This document shows, piece after piece, positions 29,416 to 38,774 of a stretch of DNA of 64,000 nt (its first letter is position 1; the number at the start of each line of letters is the position of its first letter). Location of the stretch: positions 672,001 to 736,000 of the forward strand of contig CAWISW010000003.1 of NCBI GenBank assembly GCA_963838925.1, written 5' to 3'. Position numbers and translations under genes: made by a program. This DNA is from an uncultured Nitrososphaerota archaeon (GTDB taxonomy: Archaea > Thermoproteota > Nitrososphaeria > Nitrososphaerales > Gagatemarchaeaceae). Under the pieces are notes generated by a model. The model saw nothing but the letters and a program-made list of their open reading frames with translations. It was not told where the DNA came from and ran no database searches.

Positions 29416-29847
29416 ATGAAGGGCTACTCGCATGTGAATTCCGGTAGCATATCAGACGTTGGAATAGACGATTCCTTAGCCGTGACCCACTTTTTCTCCA
29501 AGGACACAAGTGCAATGGAGTCACATAGGGAAAAGGTGGGAGGACTGGGTTTCCTTAGAGAATGGCTGGACGGGAGCCTTCCTGTCGGGATGATGAAATC
29601 CCCTTCCGAGGTGAAGCAGTTCGTGGTGAGCAGCGTTAGCAAGGACCTGAGGGCCCGTCAAGCCCCGCTCCTGCGGTTGTGGGTGGGGCACGATTACGGG
29701 CTGATAGTCCTGATAGAGACCATCTTTGGCGGACGATTCAAGGAAATCAAGTGGGTACCATATCTGGACGGCATAGTGTTTTGCTTGAGCAAGGAGGGAT
29801 CTCTCACCGCAACTTGGGACGGCGAAACTGTAAAACTAAACGCTTGA
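29416..29847 (+). CDS. Hypothetical protein, island cargo (start uncertain)
   Basis: 143-aa ORF between repeat copies 1 and 2; may be a gene fragment. Confidence 0.45.
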   Translation: MKGYSHVNSGSISDVGIDDSLAVTHFFSKDTSAMESHREKVGGLGFLREWLDGSLPVGMMKSPSEVKQFVVSSVSKDLRARQAPLLRLWVGHDYGLIVLIETIFGGRFKEIKWVPYLDGIVFCLSKEGSLTATWDGETVKLNA

Positions 29848-29905
29848 ATGCGACTCGGATTGGCCGTGCACCAGTCTCAAATTCTGCGTGCGATGACACG
29901 GTCTC

Positions 29906-29960
29906 GGAATCCATTTTGAGAACCCGTCCAGGCGCGGGTCCAGCCGGGCCCGCAACCAAT
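29906..29960 (+). repeat. 55-bp att-like repeat, copy 2
   Basis: ggaatccattttgagaacccgtccaggcgcgggtccagccgggcccgcaaccaat. Confidence 0.85.
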
Positions 29961-30106
29961 CTAGTGAGTCCTTGGTTTCATCTAGCCGGATTCTCTGAGA
30001 CTCTTGCAGCGTAATGCGATTCTAAGACCTATGGCACGATGTGAAAGAAAGGGAATAGGCAAGCAACCTTCTTATCTGCTGCAGCCGTCCGATTTGCTGA
30101 TCCGAA

Positions 30107-31477
30107 GTGTCGGGGAGTTCGGCCGCAGAAACACCTGAGGCGGGGACGGTCGTTCTTGCAAGGCTCGACAGAATCCCGGTTTGGTCCTTGCCGCCGTCGT
30201 TTCTGGTGATCATCGGAATGGGCTACTTCTTCACCTTCTACGACATCACGGACATCGGGTTTGCGATGCCCGCAATCGCTCCGGCTTTCAATCTCACCGG
30301 CTCCGAGACTCTCTTCGTCGCTCTCTCTATCGGTCTCATCGGCTACATCTTCGGCTCGTACCTGATCGGGTCGCTTGCTGACCGGTACGGAAGATTTGAC
30401 ACGATGATTCTGACGATGATTCTAACGGCAGTGGGCTCATTTGGGGACGCCGCGGCCACTGGGATTGTCACGCTCTCAATCTGGAGGTTCGTCACGGGGA
30501 TGGGAGTTGGTGCGGATCTGAACCTGGTCTCGACATACATCGGAGAGCTCGCACCCTCGAAGATACGAGGCAGGATTTCCGTGCTCACCTTCCTGGTGGG
30601 AATCATGGGGCAGGCCGTCACCCCCTTTGCGGCGTTAGCGCTCGTCCCCAACTTCTCATTTGGATGGAGGGCTCTCTTCGTGATTGGCGGGGTAATCGCG
30701 GTCATTGCGCTCATCTTTCGGTTCAAACTTCCTGAATCTCCCAGATGGCTGGTGACTCATGGCAAACTCGACGAAGCAGAGAAAGTAGTAGGTCAGATGG
30801 AGCGGTTCGCCTCGGCAAAAGGGGTTCAGCTCCTAGAACCCGAAGCGGTGCGCATCTCCTCCGAGGAGGGCAAGTTCCCTACGTCCTACCTGTTCCGCCG
30901 TCCTTACTCGGGCAGATTGGTCCTCTTCGTCGGCATTTGGTTTCTTTGGTATATCGGAAACTATGGTTTCCTCGGCGATGCTGCCACGCTGCTTGCAAAT
31001 CAGAACATATCTATTGGCAATTCGATCCTCTATCTTGCCGTCGGGGCGGTGGGATACCCTGTCGGCGCAGCCATCATGCTTGTGCTTGCAGACAGGATTG
31101 AAAGGAAGCTGCTTGTTCTAGGTGCAGCGGTCGTCTGGATGATCGGAATGGTTTCCCTTGGCACTCTTGCCAATGACTTTGTCATCTCCGTTTCTGCCTT
31201 TCTTGCCGCTCTTGCCTTGGGGATGTATTTGCAGGTGGCCTACACGTTCACCGCAGAGAGCTTCCCGACAAGGGCAAGAAGCTCTGGTTTCGCGCTGAGC
31301 GATGGACTGGGGCACATCGGAGGCGCGATAGGCGCGCTCGCCCTTCCGATAGTGGTCGCACAGTTTTCATTCTTCGTTGGCTTTAGCGTGATTGGCCTCA
31401 CGGGCCTCCTCGCGGGACTCCTCGCCCTCTTAGGACCTTCGACCACAGGACGTAAGCTTGAACAGGTCTCAGGCTAG
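30107..31477 (+). CDS. MFS transporter (aromatic acid / sugar porter-like)
   Basis: ARLDRIP, GSLADRYGR, ELAPSKIRGR, PESPRWL and ESFPTRARSSG motifs; 12 TM. Confidence 0.92.
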   Translation: MSGSSAAETPEAGTVVLARLDRIPVWSLPPSFLVIIGMGYFFTFYDITDIGFAMPAIAPAFNLTGSETLFVALSIGLIGYIFGSYLIGSLADRYGRFDTMILTMILTAVGSFGDAAATGIVTLSIWRFVTGMGVGADLNLVSTYIGELAPSKIRGRISVLTFLVGIMGQAVTPFAALALVPNFSFGWRALFVIGGVIAVIALIFRFKLPESPRWLVTHGKLDEAEKVVGQMERFASAKGVQLLEPEAVRISSEEGKFPTSYLFRRPYSGRLVLFVGIWFLWYIGNYGFLGDAATLLANQNISIGNSILYLAVGAVGYPVGAAIMLVLADRIERKLLVLGAAVVWMIGMVSLGTLANDFVISVSAFLAALALGMYLQVAYTFTAESFPTRARSSGFALSDGLGHIGGAIGALALPIVVAQFSFFVGFSVIGLTGLLAGLLALLGPSTTGRKLEQVSG

Positions 31478-31582
31478 ACGAACTTGCAAAAAAGTACGAT
31501 GGTGCGCGTTCTCGTCGCGCGGGAACGCCTCGTCCCGACCGACGGTCCTGCTTAGGGCGGGGCCTGGTGGCGAGCTCGGTCC

Positions 31583-32047
31583 TTAGCTCACCGCTCTCTT
31601 CACGAGCGCGGCGATCCTTGCCTCTTCGGCGGCGGTCAACCTCTTCAGCGCGAACGCGTTCGGCCACATGGAGCCCTCGTCGAGGTTCGCCTTGTCGCTA
31701 AAGCCGATAGTCGAGTACCGCGTCTTGAACTTCTGCGCTGGTTGGAAGTGGCAGACGACCTTGTCGTCCTTGGCATAGGCGGGCATCCCGTACCAGAGCC
31801 TCGGCGAGAGGGCTGGGGCGTTGGCTTTGATGATAGCATGTAGCCGCTCGCCGATGGCGCGATCCGGTCCCGGCATCGCGGCGATCTTCGCAAGCACGGC
31901 ACTCTCCCCGTCCGTCTTGTCCGCGTTCAGCTCTTGGACGCGCTCCCTCATTGCGGCTCGTTCCTCGTCCGTGAATCCCGTGGGCTTCCTGCTGGTAGCG
32001 TTGGCGCTCTTGGCGGACATCTTCGTGCCCTTGTGCGGGGGTTTCAT
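31583..32047 (-). CDS. DUF1801 (YdhG-like) protein
   Basis: [26 protein letters not shown]. Confidence 0.85.
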   Translation of the reverse strand: MKPPHKGTKMSAKSANATSRKPTGFTDEERAAMRERVQELNADKTDGESAVLAKIAAMPGPDRAIGERLHAIIKANAPALSPRLWYGMPAYAKDDKVVCHFQPAQKFKTRYSTIGFSDKANLDEGSMWPNAFALKRLTAAEEARIAALVKRAVS

Positions 32048-32171
32048 GGAATTCTGTTCGTCTTCAGAGCTAGATAAATTTCACGAGTTCGTTCCTTGCG
32101 TCTCAACCGGCTTCGTTCGCAACCACAGATTCGATTTCGTTCGTTGGCGGCTCCTCGACTAATGTCTCGTT

Positions 32172-32220
32172 AGAATCCGCTTGAGAACCCGTTCAGGTGC
32201 GGGTCCTGCCGGGGCACCTG
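32172..32220 (+). repeat. att-like repeat, copy 3 (diverged 3' end)
   Basis: agaatccgcttgagaacccgttcaggtgcgggtcctgccggggcacctg; shares tcctgccggg with the tRNA 3' end. Confidence 0.75.
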
Positions 32221-32288
32221 CTTCACGCCTCCAGCCTCCTGATTACAGCCACACGCATCTTATATCGAGTCCAGAGCTAGCAGGACCC

Positions 32289-33236
32289 GTGACCGCCAAA
32301 CCAGGAACTGAATCGGTGGTCACGATTCAACATCTCGTGAAGAGGTATGGTAGCTTCCTTGCTGTCAACGATGTTTCCCTTTCGATAAACGAGGGAGAGA
32401 TTTTTGGAATCATTGGACCCAATGGCGCTGGCAAGACTACCGCGGTGGAGTGCATATCCGGGCTTCGTGTTCCTGACTCAGGGACTATCAGTGTTTATGG
32501 GCTTTCTCCCAAGAAGGACAGGAACAGGATAAGGGAGTTCCTAGGCGTTCAGCTTCAGGAAAGTCAGCTGCCTCCGCGCCTCAAAGTCGGAGAGGCGGTG
32601 AGGCTCTTTGCCTCCTTCTATCCGAACCCTCTTGACCCGAACGAGCTTCTCGAGACGCTGGGGATCAGGAGCGTTGAGAATTCCATATTCAAGAGATTGT
32701 CTGGCGGCCAGAAGCAGAGGCTGTCGATAGCGCTCGCTCTAGTGGGGAACCCGAAGATTGCCATACTTGATGAGCTGACCACGGGGCTCGACCCGGAGGC
32801 CAGGCGCGAGACGTGGGCCCTCATAGAGAGCATCAGAAACCGCGGCGTCACCGTGATACTCGTGACCCACTTCATGGACGAGGCAGAGAGATTGTGCGAC
32901 CGTCTCGCCCTGATAAACCATGGTAAGCTCGCGGTGCTGGATACACCTGAAGCGATTGCCGCGCTGGCGGGAGGGAACAGGGTGCGATTTGTTCCTTCGC
33001 AACCTGTTGACGACAAGACTCTGCTTGCCATATCAGGTGTCGTTGGGGTTGAAAGGAAGGAAAGGTACATCACCGTCACTGGCACCGGCGATCTAGCAGC
33101 ATCCGTCATCAACTCGCTCGCGAGAATCGGAGTGCACGTCTCCGAAATAGAAGCAAGAGGAGGGAACCTTGACGATGCGTTCGTGAAGTTGACAAGGGAC
33201 GACGCGTCTGGCGTTTCACGAGGGGCCCAACCTTGA
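32289..33236 (+). CDS. ABC-2 type exporter ATP-binding protein
   Basis: GPNGAGKTT, LSGGQKQR and LDELTTGLD motifs. Confidence 0.92.
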   Translation: MTAKPGTESVVTIQHLVKRYGSFLAVNDVSLSINEGEIFGIIGPNGAGKTTAVECISGLRVPDSGTISVYGLSPKKDRNRIREFLGVQLQESQLPPRLKVGEAVRLFASFYPNPLDPNELLETLGIRSVENSIFKRLSGGQKQRLSIALALVGNPKIAILDELTTGLDPEARRETWALIESIRNRGVTVILVTHFMDEAERLCDRLALINHGKLAVLDTPEAIAALAGGNRVRFVPSQPVDDKTLLAISGVVGVERKERYITVTGTGDLAASVINSLARIGVHVSEIEARGGNLDDAFVKLTRDDASGVSRGAQP

Positions 33237-34012
33237 CCTCGACGCCGGCTGAATCGAGAGAGAAAGGAACCAGGGGCCACTTTTCCGAACTCCTCAAGGT
33301 GGAGGGAAAGCTCGCCCTGCGAGAACCGACATCATTGGTCATGGGAATCGGGGTTCCGACCATCTTGCTCGTAGTATTCGGCCTCATTGGAATGTTTTCG
33401 CCGGGGAACGTCTCCGGTACAAGCTACACAGTCATTGAGCTATACGTTCCAACCATCATGGTCATCGGATTCATTTTCGTCGGAGTCTCTGTCCTGCCTA
33501 ACACCATGGTCAGGTATCGGGAGATCGGGTGGCTGCGAAGAGTCTCAGTGACTCCAGAGGCTCCCTCGAGGCTGCTCGCAGCCCAACTGATCGTCAACCT
33601 TGTGCTTGCCTTGGCGGGAATCTTGATCGTCATCCTTGGAAGCGAATTGTTCTTCGGGGCGTCGCTTGACGTAAGCCTTCCGTACTTTGCTCTCTCAGTC
33701 GTTCTCTCGATTGCGGTGATATTCTCCCTTGGCTTGCTCGTCGCGGCCCTGGTTCCATCCCAGTCGGTCGCAAACGGGGTGGGTGGGGGGTTGGTCTTTC
33801 TACTGATGTTCCTTGCGGGCCTCTGGGTTCCGCCTGCCGCGGTGGGCGGGCCATTGGCGACGATCATGTACTACTCGCCGTCTGGCGCAGCGGCGCAGGC
33901 CATGCTTTACTCGGTCTTCAACACCGCCCCGCCATACACCGCAATAGTTACCATGGTCGTTTACGCGCTAGCCTTCTCATTCATTGCGACCCGTTACTTC
34001 CGATGGGAATAG
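33233..34012 (+). CDS. ABC-2 type exporter permease
   Basis: Six TM helices, YREIGWLRR, C-terminal RYFRWE. Confidence 0.9.
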   Translation: MTSTPAESREKGTRGHFSELLKVEGKLALREPTSLVMGIGVPTILLVVFGLIGMFSPGNVSGTSYTVIELYVPTIMVIGFIFVGVSVLPNTMVRYREIGWLRRVSVTPEAPSRLLAAQLIVNLVLALAGILIVILGSELFFGASLDVSLPYFALSVVLSIAVIFSLGLLVAALVPSQSVANGVGGGLVFLLMFLAGLWVPPAAVGGPLATIMYYSPSGAAAQAMLYSVFNTAPPYTAIVTMVVYALAFSFIATRYFRWE

Positions 34013-34128
34013 CGATCACAACGGGTGCTGAATTGGCCTGCCGTCCGCGAGCACTCATCGCGCGCTCCTGTTCGCGCTTCGACAACGAGCCCATGCACGC
34101 AAAAATAGATGGCTTCCCAGGAACCTTC

Positions 34129-34629
34129 GTGCCGCGAATCGTTGAGGCGACAACGGAGCGTCAGATTGCCTCTGCGGCCGCACTGATCAGGGAGTACGTC
34201 GCCTCGCTAGGGGTGGACCTCAGCTTCGAGAAATTCGAGGAGGAGATGGCGGAGTTCCCCAGCGCCTACTCGAGGCCTGACGGCCGGATCCTCATCGCGA
34301 TGGAGGGGAAGGCGGCTGTCGGAGTCGTCGGAGTCAGAAGGCTCTCCGGCGACGCCTGTGAGCTGAAGAGGATGTACGTCCAGCCAGGCTTCAGGGGGAG
34401 AGGGATTGGCAGGATGCTGGCGACGAGAGCCATAGATGAGGCGCGAGGGATAGGCTACAGCCGCATGCGCCTCGACTCGCTTTCCAGGTTGAAGGAGGCG
34501 ATTGCCCTCTACGAATCTCTGGGATTCAGGACGATAGAGCAGTACAGGGTCAACCCGCACAAGGACGCGGTCTTCATGGAGCTGGACCTTGGCAAGCCCA
34601 GACAGCCCGCCTCCAAAACAAGTAAATAA
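34129..34629 (+). CDS. GNAT family N-acetyltransferase
   Basis: CELKRMYVQPGFRGRGIG and ALYESLGF motifs. Confidence 0.9.
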   Translation: MPRIVEATTERQIASAAALIREYVASLGVDLSFEKFEEEMAEFPSAYSRPDGRILIAMEGKAAVGVVGVRRLSGDACELKRMYVQPGFRGRGIGRMLATRAIDEARGIGYSRMRLDSLSRLKEAIALYESLGFRTIEQYRVNPHKDAVFMELDLGKPRQPASKTSK

Positions 34630-34655
34630 CGACCCGAGCCTCTGTCGCTCCGCTC

Positions 34656-35078
34656 ATGGTAGTGAAGACCAAAGGCCAGGTCGCGTCAACGCCCGTCGAC
34701 AGGGCCTACAGGACGGAGATCGCATGGCTCATCGACAGGAACGACGGCGCGCCCAACTTCGAGCTAAGGAAGTTCACTATCAAGCCCGGAGGGAGCATCC
34801 CAAAGCACTACCACACGGATATCGAGCACGAGCAATACGTCCTCTCCGGAAGATACAAGGTCGGGATAGGGGAGAAGCTCCACTCTGTGAAGGAGGGGGA
34901 CTCGCTCTTCATCCCCGCGGGGACCGTCCACTGGTACGAGAACGACGGGAAGAGCGACGCGGAGTTCCTGTGCATCGTGCCTAAGGTGGAGCAGTACGGC
35001 GCTGTCTACCTAGACGAGTCCTCGCCCGCCTCCCAGAAGCGCGGTGCGCCCAGCTCAGGCTTCCGAAAGAAGAAGTAG
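34656..35078 (+). CDS. Cupin domain protein
   Basis: PKHYH..EHEQYVLSG and GDSLFIPAGTVHWYEN motifs. Confidence 0.9.
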   Translation: MVVKTKGQVASTPVDRAYRTEIAWLIDRNDGAPNFELRKFTIKPGGSIPKHYHTDIEHEQYVLSGRYKVGIGEKLHSVKEGDSLFIPAGTVHWYENDGKSDAEFLCIVPKVEQYGAVYLDESSPASQKRGAPSSGFRKKK

Positions 35079-35149
35079 GCCTGCAGAAACCTGAACGTGG
35101 ACGCCCCAGAAAGGCATTTTAGGCAGAGTCGGGGCACTCTTCCATACAG

Positions 35150-35659
35150 TTGCGCTGGGTAAACCGGAGGCCGGCGAGGAGCGCCGGGAAGGTAGACGAC
35201 CAAATTGCGGACGTCAGTTTCTTTGAGCTGCACAAGGCTGCAATCATAGGACTGGTGATTCTTGCGGTAATAGTCGTTGCAGCCGTTGGCTACTCGGTGC
35301 TACCCGACTTCAGCGGAGGCGTCGCCTCGACCACTCAGACCACAGGCAAGGTGACCGCCGTCCAAGCCTCCTCGGCGATCGTCAGCTCTGGTAACCAGGT
35401 CGTCCCGCCGGCGACGCGCGTGACGCTCCTAGTCGGGACCACGTCATTCGACACCGTCCTGTCGTGCAGCAACGCTCCCTACAAGGTCGGCCAGACCGTC
35501 AAGGTCGCCGACCAGCTCATGCACGACGGTTCGCACAACTACGTGCCAGACCTCGCGTGCGCGGGACAGACCTCGCCTTACAGGGCCCTCTTCCCTGCGT
35601 CATCGACGACATCGAGCTCCGCCTCCACCACCACAAGCACTACGTCAACGACCGCCTAG
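35150..35659 (+). CDS. Membrane-anchored extracellular protein with a Ser/Thr-rich tail (start uncertain)
   Basis: N-terminal TM anchor, small beta domain with two Cys, S/T-rich tail. Confidence 0.6.
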   Translation: MRWVNRRPARSAGKVDDQIADVSFFELHKAAIIGLVILAVIVVAAVGYSVLPDFSGGVASTTQTTGKVTAVQASSAIVSSGNQVVPPATRVTLLVGTTSFDTVLSCSNAPYKVGQTVKVADQLMHDGSHNYVPDLACAGQTSPYRALFPASSTTSSSASTTTSTTSTTA

Positions 35660-35692
35660 GTAATCGCCTAGCCGTCGCCAGTCGCAAGAACC

Positions 35693-36559
35693 TCAGAGCT
35701 TGATGTGACTCTCGACCGCGTCGCGCTCGGCTCGCGCAGGCATCTCCGGGGCGCTCGCGCAGTGCTGGCACACGGTGAAGGAGATGTCCTTTGAGCTCAC
35801 GAAGCTCGTCGCCCTGCTTGAGCAGACGGGGCAGTCGATGTTGGTGACCTTCCATCCTCTCTCGAGCCCTCCCTTCCCCATCCAGGTCATCAGCGAGATT
35901 AGCGTGTCGTCGCCAAGGCCGTCTAGCTTGATGTGCTTCCCGTACTTGACGACGGGCTCAAGCCGCTCGAACAGCTGCTGCGAGATCTCCCCCTCGAGGA
36001 CTAGCTTGGTGAGCTCGCCGAGGAAGTCTCCCTTCGTCTCGTCGTCCTTCATCTTGATCTCGTACTTGCCGAGGTAGTACAGGCTGATCATTCCGATCAG
36101 CGCGACGAGGCCCTCGGGCGACTCGAAGAAGAGGACTAGGATACCGGCCTGCGGGACGGTATAGAACGGAACGCCCAGGACGTGGCTCGCCTCGATCAGC
36201 TGCGGGTCGACGTATTGGTTGTTGTCCCCCTTAGTCCTATAGTAGACCGTGCCATCTGCCTGGATGACCGTGCCGACGACCCTGTGTATCACCACCGGCC
36301 TGATCAGCGAGTCGAGGGCGGAGACGCCCGTGTCGCCCTGCACGAAGACTATGATCGTCCCGTTCTTGATCATTCCTTGCGGGGGCTTGGCGAAGACCTC
36401 TAAGTCTCCGCTGTGCAGCGTGGGGTACATGCTATTGCCTTGGACTATGGCTAGCGGATAGTTGCTCGTCTGCGTGTAGAGCGGGAGGCCGATGATCACG
36501 GCTGCCGCTATGGCGACCACCGCGATTTCCAGCTTAGTCCCGCGCGAGAGCTTGTTCAT
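35693..36559 (-). CDS. Signal peptidase I (S26B/SipW-like) with a C-terminal Zn-ribbon extension
   Basis: GNSMYPTL..GDL, VIHRV and TKGDNN...D motifs; C-terminal CPVC...CQHC. Confidence 0.9.
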   Translation of the reverse strand: MNKLSRGTKLEIAVVAIAAAVIIGLPLYTQTSNYPLAIVQGNSMYPTLHSGDLEVFAKPPQGMIKNGTIIVFVQGDTGVSALDSLIRPVVIHRVVGTVIQADGTVYYRTKGDNNQYVDPQLIEASHVLGVPFYTVPQAGILVLFFESPEGLVALIGMISLYYLGKYEIKMKDDETKGDFLGELTKLVLEGEISQQLFERLEPVVKYGKHIKLDGLGDDTLISLMTWMGKGGLERGWKVTNIDCPVCSSRATSFVSSKDISFTVCQHCASAPEMPARAERDAVESHIKL

Positions 36560-36565
36560 CCATTA

Positions 36566-37135
36566 TCACGACGATACTATGCTCATCGGCACCTGGAAGT
36601 CCGTCCCCTGCGCCTTGCCCCAATAGAGGGTGGACGTGTCGCCCGTGGGTGGCTGAATGGCGACCCTGATGTAGCCGTTGGCAGGGATGCTGACGGCCGA
36701 CCCCGCCACTCGCAGAATCACTTGCGCCTTTGAAGTGGTCACCGTGGGGGTCGTGCCGCTCCCGACAGTCGTCTGCACCGTCCCTGTTGAGGTGACCACG
36801 GTTATCGTGATTGTCATCTTGCCGCTCGCCGAAGCCAGCGCCCACTCGTCGAAGACCCAAGACCCGGCGGGAACGTTCCTTGCGCTCGTGAATTGCGACG
36901 AGTAAAGGTAGACCGTGCCGCTCTTCGCGATTGCAGTCGAGCCTGTGGTCGCGGGCTGGGTCGTCGCCGTCACAACCGACGGAGTGGTGCTCGTCGGTGC
37001 GGTTGCGCTCTCAAAGTAGACGTTGGTAAGCACCCCAGAGTCCGCCGCGTAGGCCTTGGACGTGACCGTGACCGAGGTCGCGTATGACCCGACGCTCAGA
37101 GCGCAGATCAGCACAAACGCGATTAAGAGTTTCAT
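36566..37135 (-). CDS. Secreted beta-rich protein, putative minor filament subunit
   Basis: Signal peptide ending VGSYA|TSVTVTS; paralogous N-terminus to 37222..37710. Confidence 0.7.
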   Translation of the reverse strand: MKLLIAFVLICALSVGSYATSVTVTSKAYAADSGVLTNVYFESATAPTSTTPSVVTATTQPATTGSTAIAKSGTVYLYSSQFTSARNVPAGSWVFDEWALASASGKMTITITVVTSTGTVQTTVGSGTTPTVTTSKAQVILRVAGSAVSIPANGYIRVAIQPPTGDTSTLYWGKAQGTDFQVPMSIVSS

Positions 37136-37159
37136 TCGAATGTCACCAGAGCATCCCGC

Positions 37160-37203
37160 AAAAAGAAAAAAGGTGTGGAGGGGCGAGCTTGAGCTCGCGC
37201 CCT
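37160..37203 (-). terminator. Hairpin + T-tract terminator between the two secreted-protein genes
   Basis: Minus strand GGGCGCGAGCT-CA-AGCTCGCCC followed by TTTTTTCTTTTT. Confidence 0.65.
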
Positions 37204-37221
37204 ACGGCTTGCTTCATCTTC

Positions 37222-37710
37222 CTACGCCACTGTTACGGTAATTCCCGCTGGTGCGCTGAACGACGTCAGGGCCGTGTCGATGTTGAACGTCATCGTCTGC
37301 CCTGCGGTGATGGTGGCTCCGGTGGTCAGAGTCAGCGACCCGAGGGTCACGTATCCGCTCCCGGTGTTCCACTCGACTGTCGTGGTGTATGTGTGCGAGG
37401 TCTGCGCAGATGCCGCTATCGTCAGGGTGACTGAATAGTACCAGTCGCCCGCAGTCAGGGCTGTCGCGCACGTCCCGGCGTTAGCCCACGTGCATGGCTG
37501 GGCCGATGCGGTCGCCGTCGATTGCACTACTTGGAATCCGTTGCTGGCGGCCGAGAAGCCTCCGGTGACGGTATAGTTGACTCCCGCCTGGCCCGCGAAC
37601 GATTGCGTCGTGACTCCGACAGAGGTCGCGAACGAACCGACGGCGAACAGCGAGATCACCAGTATCGGCACCATTACCTTCAGCGGCAGCTTGTTCCTCA
37701 GTGTAGACAT
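37222..37710 (-). CDS. Secreted beta-rich protein, putative major filament subunit
   Basis: Signal peptide ending VGSFA|TSVGVTT; T/A/G/S-rich; one Cys pair. Confidence 0.75.
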   Translation of the reverse strand: MSTLRNKLPLKVMVPILVISLFAVGSFATSVGVTTQSFAGQAGVNYTVTGGFSAASNGFQVVQSTATASAQPCTWANAGTCATALTAGDWYYSVTLTIAASAQTSHTYTTTVEWNTGSGYVTLGSLTLTTGATITAGQTMTFNIDTALTSFSAPAGITVTVA

Positions 37711-37884
37711 GTGTTGTCGGAATTGCAGTCATCTCTAGAGTATATGGAGCGGACGTATTTTCAGCAATGGAACCGAATGATTTGCGCTCGCCGTTTTCTC
37801 CTCTATCCCGAACATTGGGCGGCCGTTTTCCCTAGAAAGTCATAACCTTTAACAGAGGTCGTCCTCGACTTTTGTGGAGACAAA

Positions 37885-38400
37885 ATGGCCACCAAGACAG
37901 TGACCGCGACCTTCAGGATAGAGGAGGACGCGTTCAGGGACCTCCAGGAGGACGCGAAGAGGCAGAACGTCAGCGTCAACACCCTCGTCAACCAGCTCTT
38001 CCTGAGCTACTCTCACTACGACCGACTCATGAAACGGTTCCAGGTCATCAAGATCCCTGCCTCGACCTTCAGGACGATCTTGGACGGCTCGACCGACGAG
38101 GCTGTGACAGCAGCGGCCAAGACCGCGGGGGAGAGCATCGCAAAGACCTTCATAATCGCCAAGATGGGCGCCTTCACGATAGAGAACGTCCTTGAGGGGT
38201 TCAGGACCTCGGCCAGCTACATCAACGCCTTCGAGTACAGCGAGTTCCTCGCTCCGGGGAAGATAACGATCACCCTCACGCACAACTTGGGCAAGAAAGG
38301 GACGCTGTTTATCGAGGAGTGGGTGCGATGCCAGTTTGCGCTGCTCCACAAGACCCCCAAGTTCATGGTGGACGACCACTCGGTGATATTCGACCTCTAG
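37885..38400 (+). CDS. Ribbon-helix-helix DNA-binding protein with a C-terminal domain
   Basis: TVTATFRIEEDAFRDLQEDAKRQNVSVNTLVNQL. Confidence 0.75.
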   Translation: MATKTVTATFRIEEDAFRDLQEDAKRQNVSVNTLVNQLFLSYSHYDRLMKRFQVIKIPASTFRTILDGSTDEAVTAAAKTAGESIAKTFIIAKMGAFTIENVLEGFRTSASYINAFEYSEFLAPGKITITLTHNLGKKGTLFIEEWVRCQFALLHKTPKFMVDDHSVIFDL

Positions 38401-38500
38401 GCCTTATATAGAAAACACGCCAAACGCCAAAACGAGCGATTGCAATAGAGTGCAATAGAAACTCGTCCCCTTAAATCGGGCAGGCACCCGACATCGGTCT

Positions 38501-38707
38501 ATGAAAGACCAGGCGGACTTCTTGGCCACGAGCATCTTCGCGATAGAGGGAGCGGACCAGCCCGGACAGACCGAGAGGCTGGTGAAGACCATCAAGCGCC
38601 TGCCCGGGGTCCACGGCATCGAGATCAACTACCTCCTAGACACGGCCAAGGTCAGATACGACCCCTCAAAGCAGAGCCTGGCTGGCATCAAGGCCGCCCT
38701 GAAGTAG
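38501..38707 (+). CDS. HMA-fold protein lacking CxxC
   Basis: FAIEG...IKRLPGVHGIEINYLLDTAKVRYDP pattern. Confidence 0.6.
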   Translation: MKDQADFLATSIFAIEGADQPGQTERLVKTIKRLPGVHGIEINYLLDTAKVRYDPSKQSLAGIKAALK

Positions 38708-38774
38708 CGGAGCCGTTACCTAGTCACCGTTTTCTGCGCATATGTTTATCAGCCCCTTGGGGCCAATTATCGAC

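Larger units (their letters stand above)
27826..32220. mobile_element. tRNA-Arg-anchored genomic island / tandem cassette region (may extend to ~34100)
   Basis: Visible drop in GC content right after the tRNA; three repeats containing tRNA 3'-end-like sequence; no integrase seen. Confidence 0.65.

Noticed and set aside
29097-29433. Short ORFs in the island between repeat copies 1 and 2
   Set aside because: Overlapping on both strands with no recognisable motifs; may be decayed fragments
28996-32220. CRISPR array interpretation of the three repeats
   Set aside because: Spacing is 0.9-2.3 kb with genes in between, repeats are ~55 bp, and no cas genes are present
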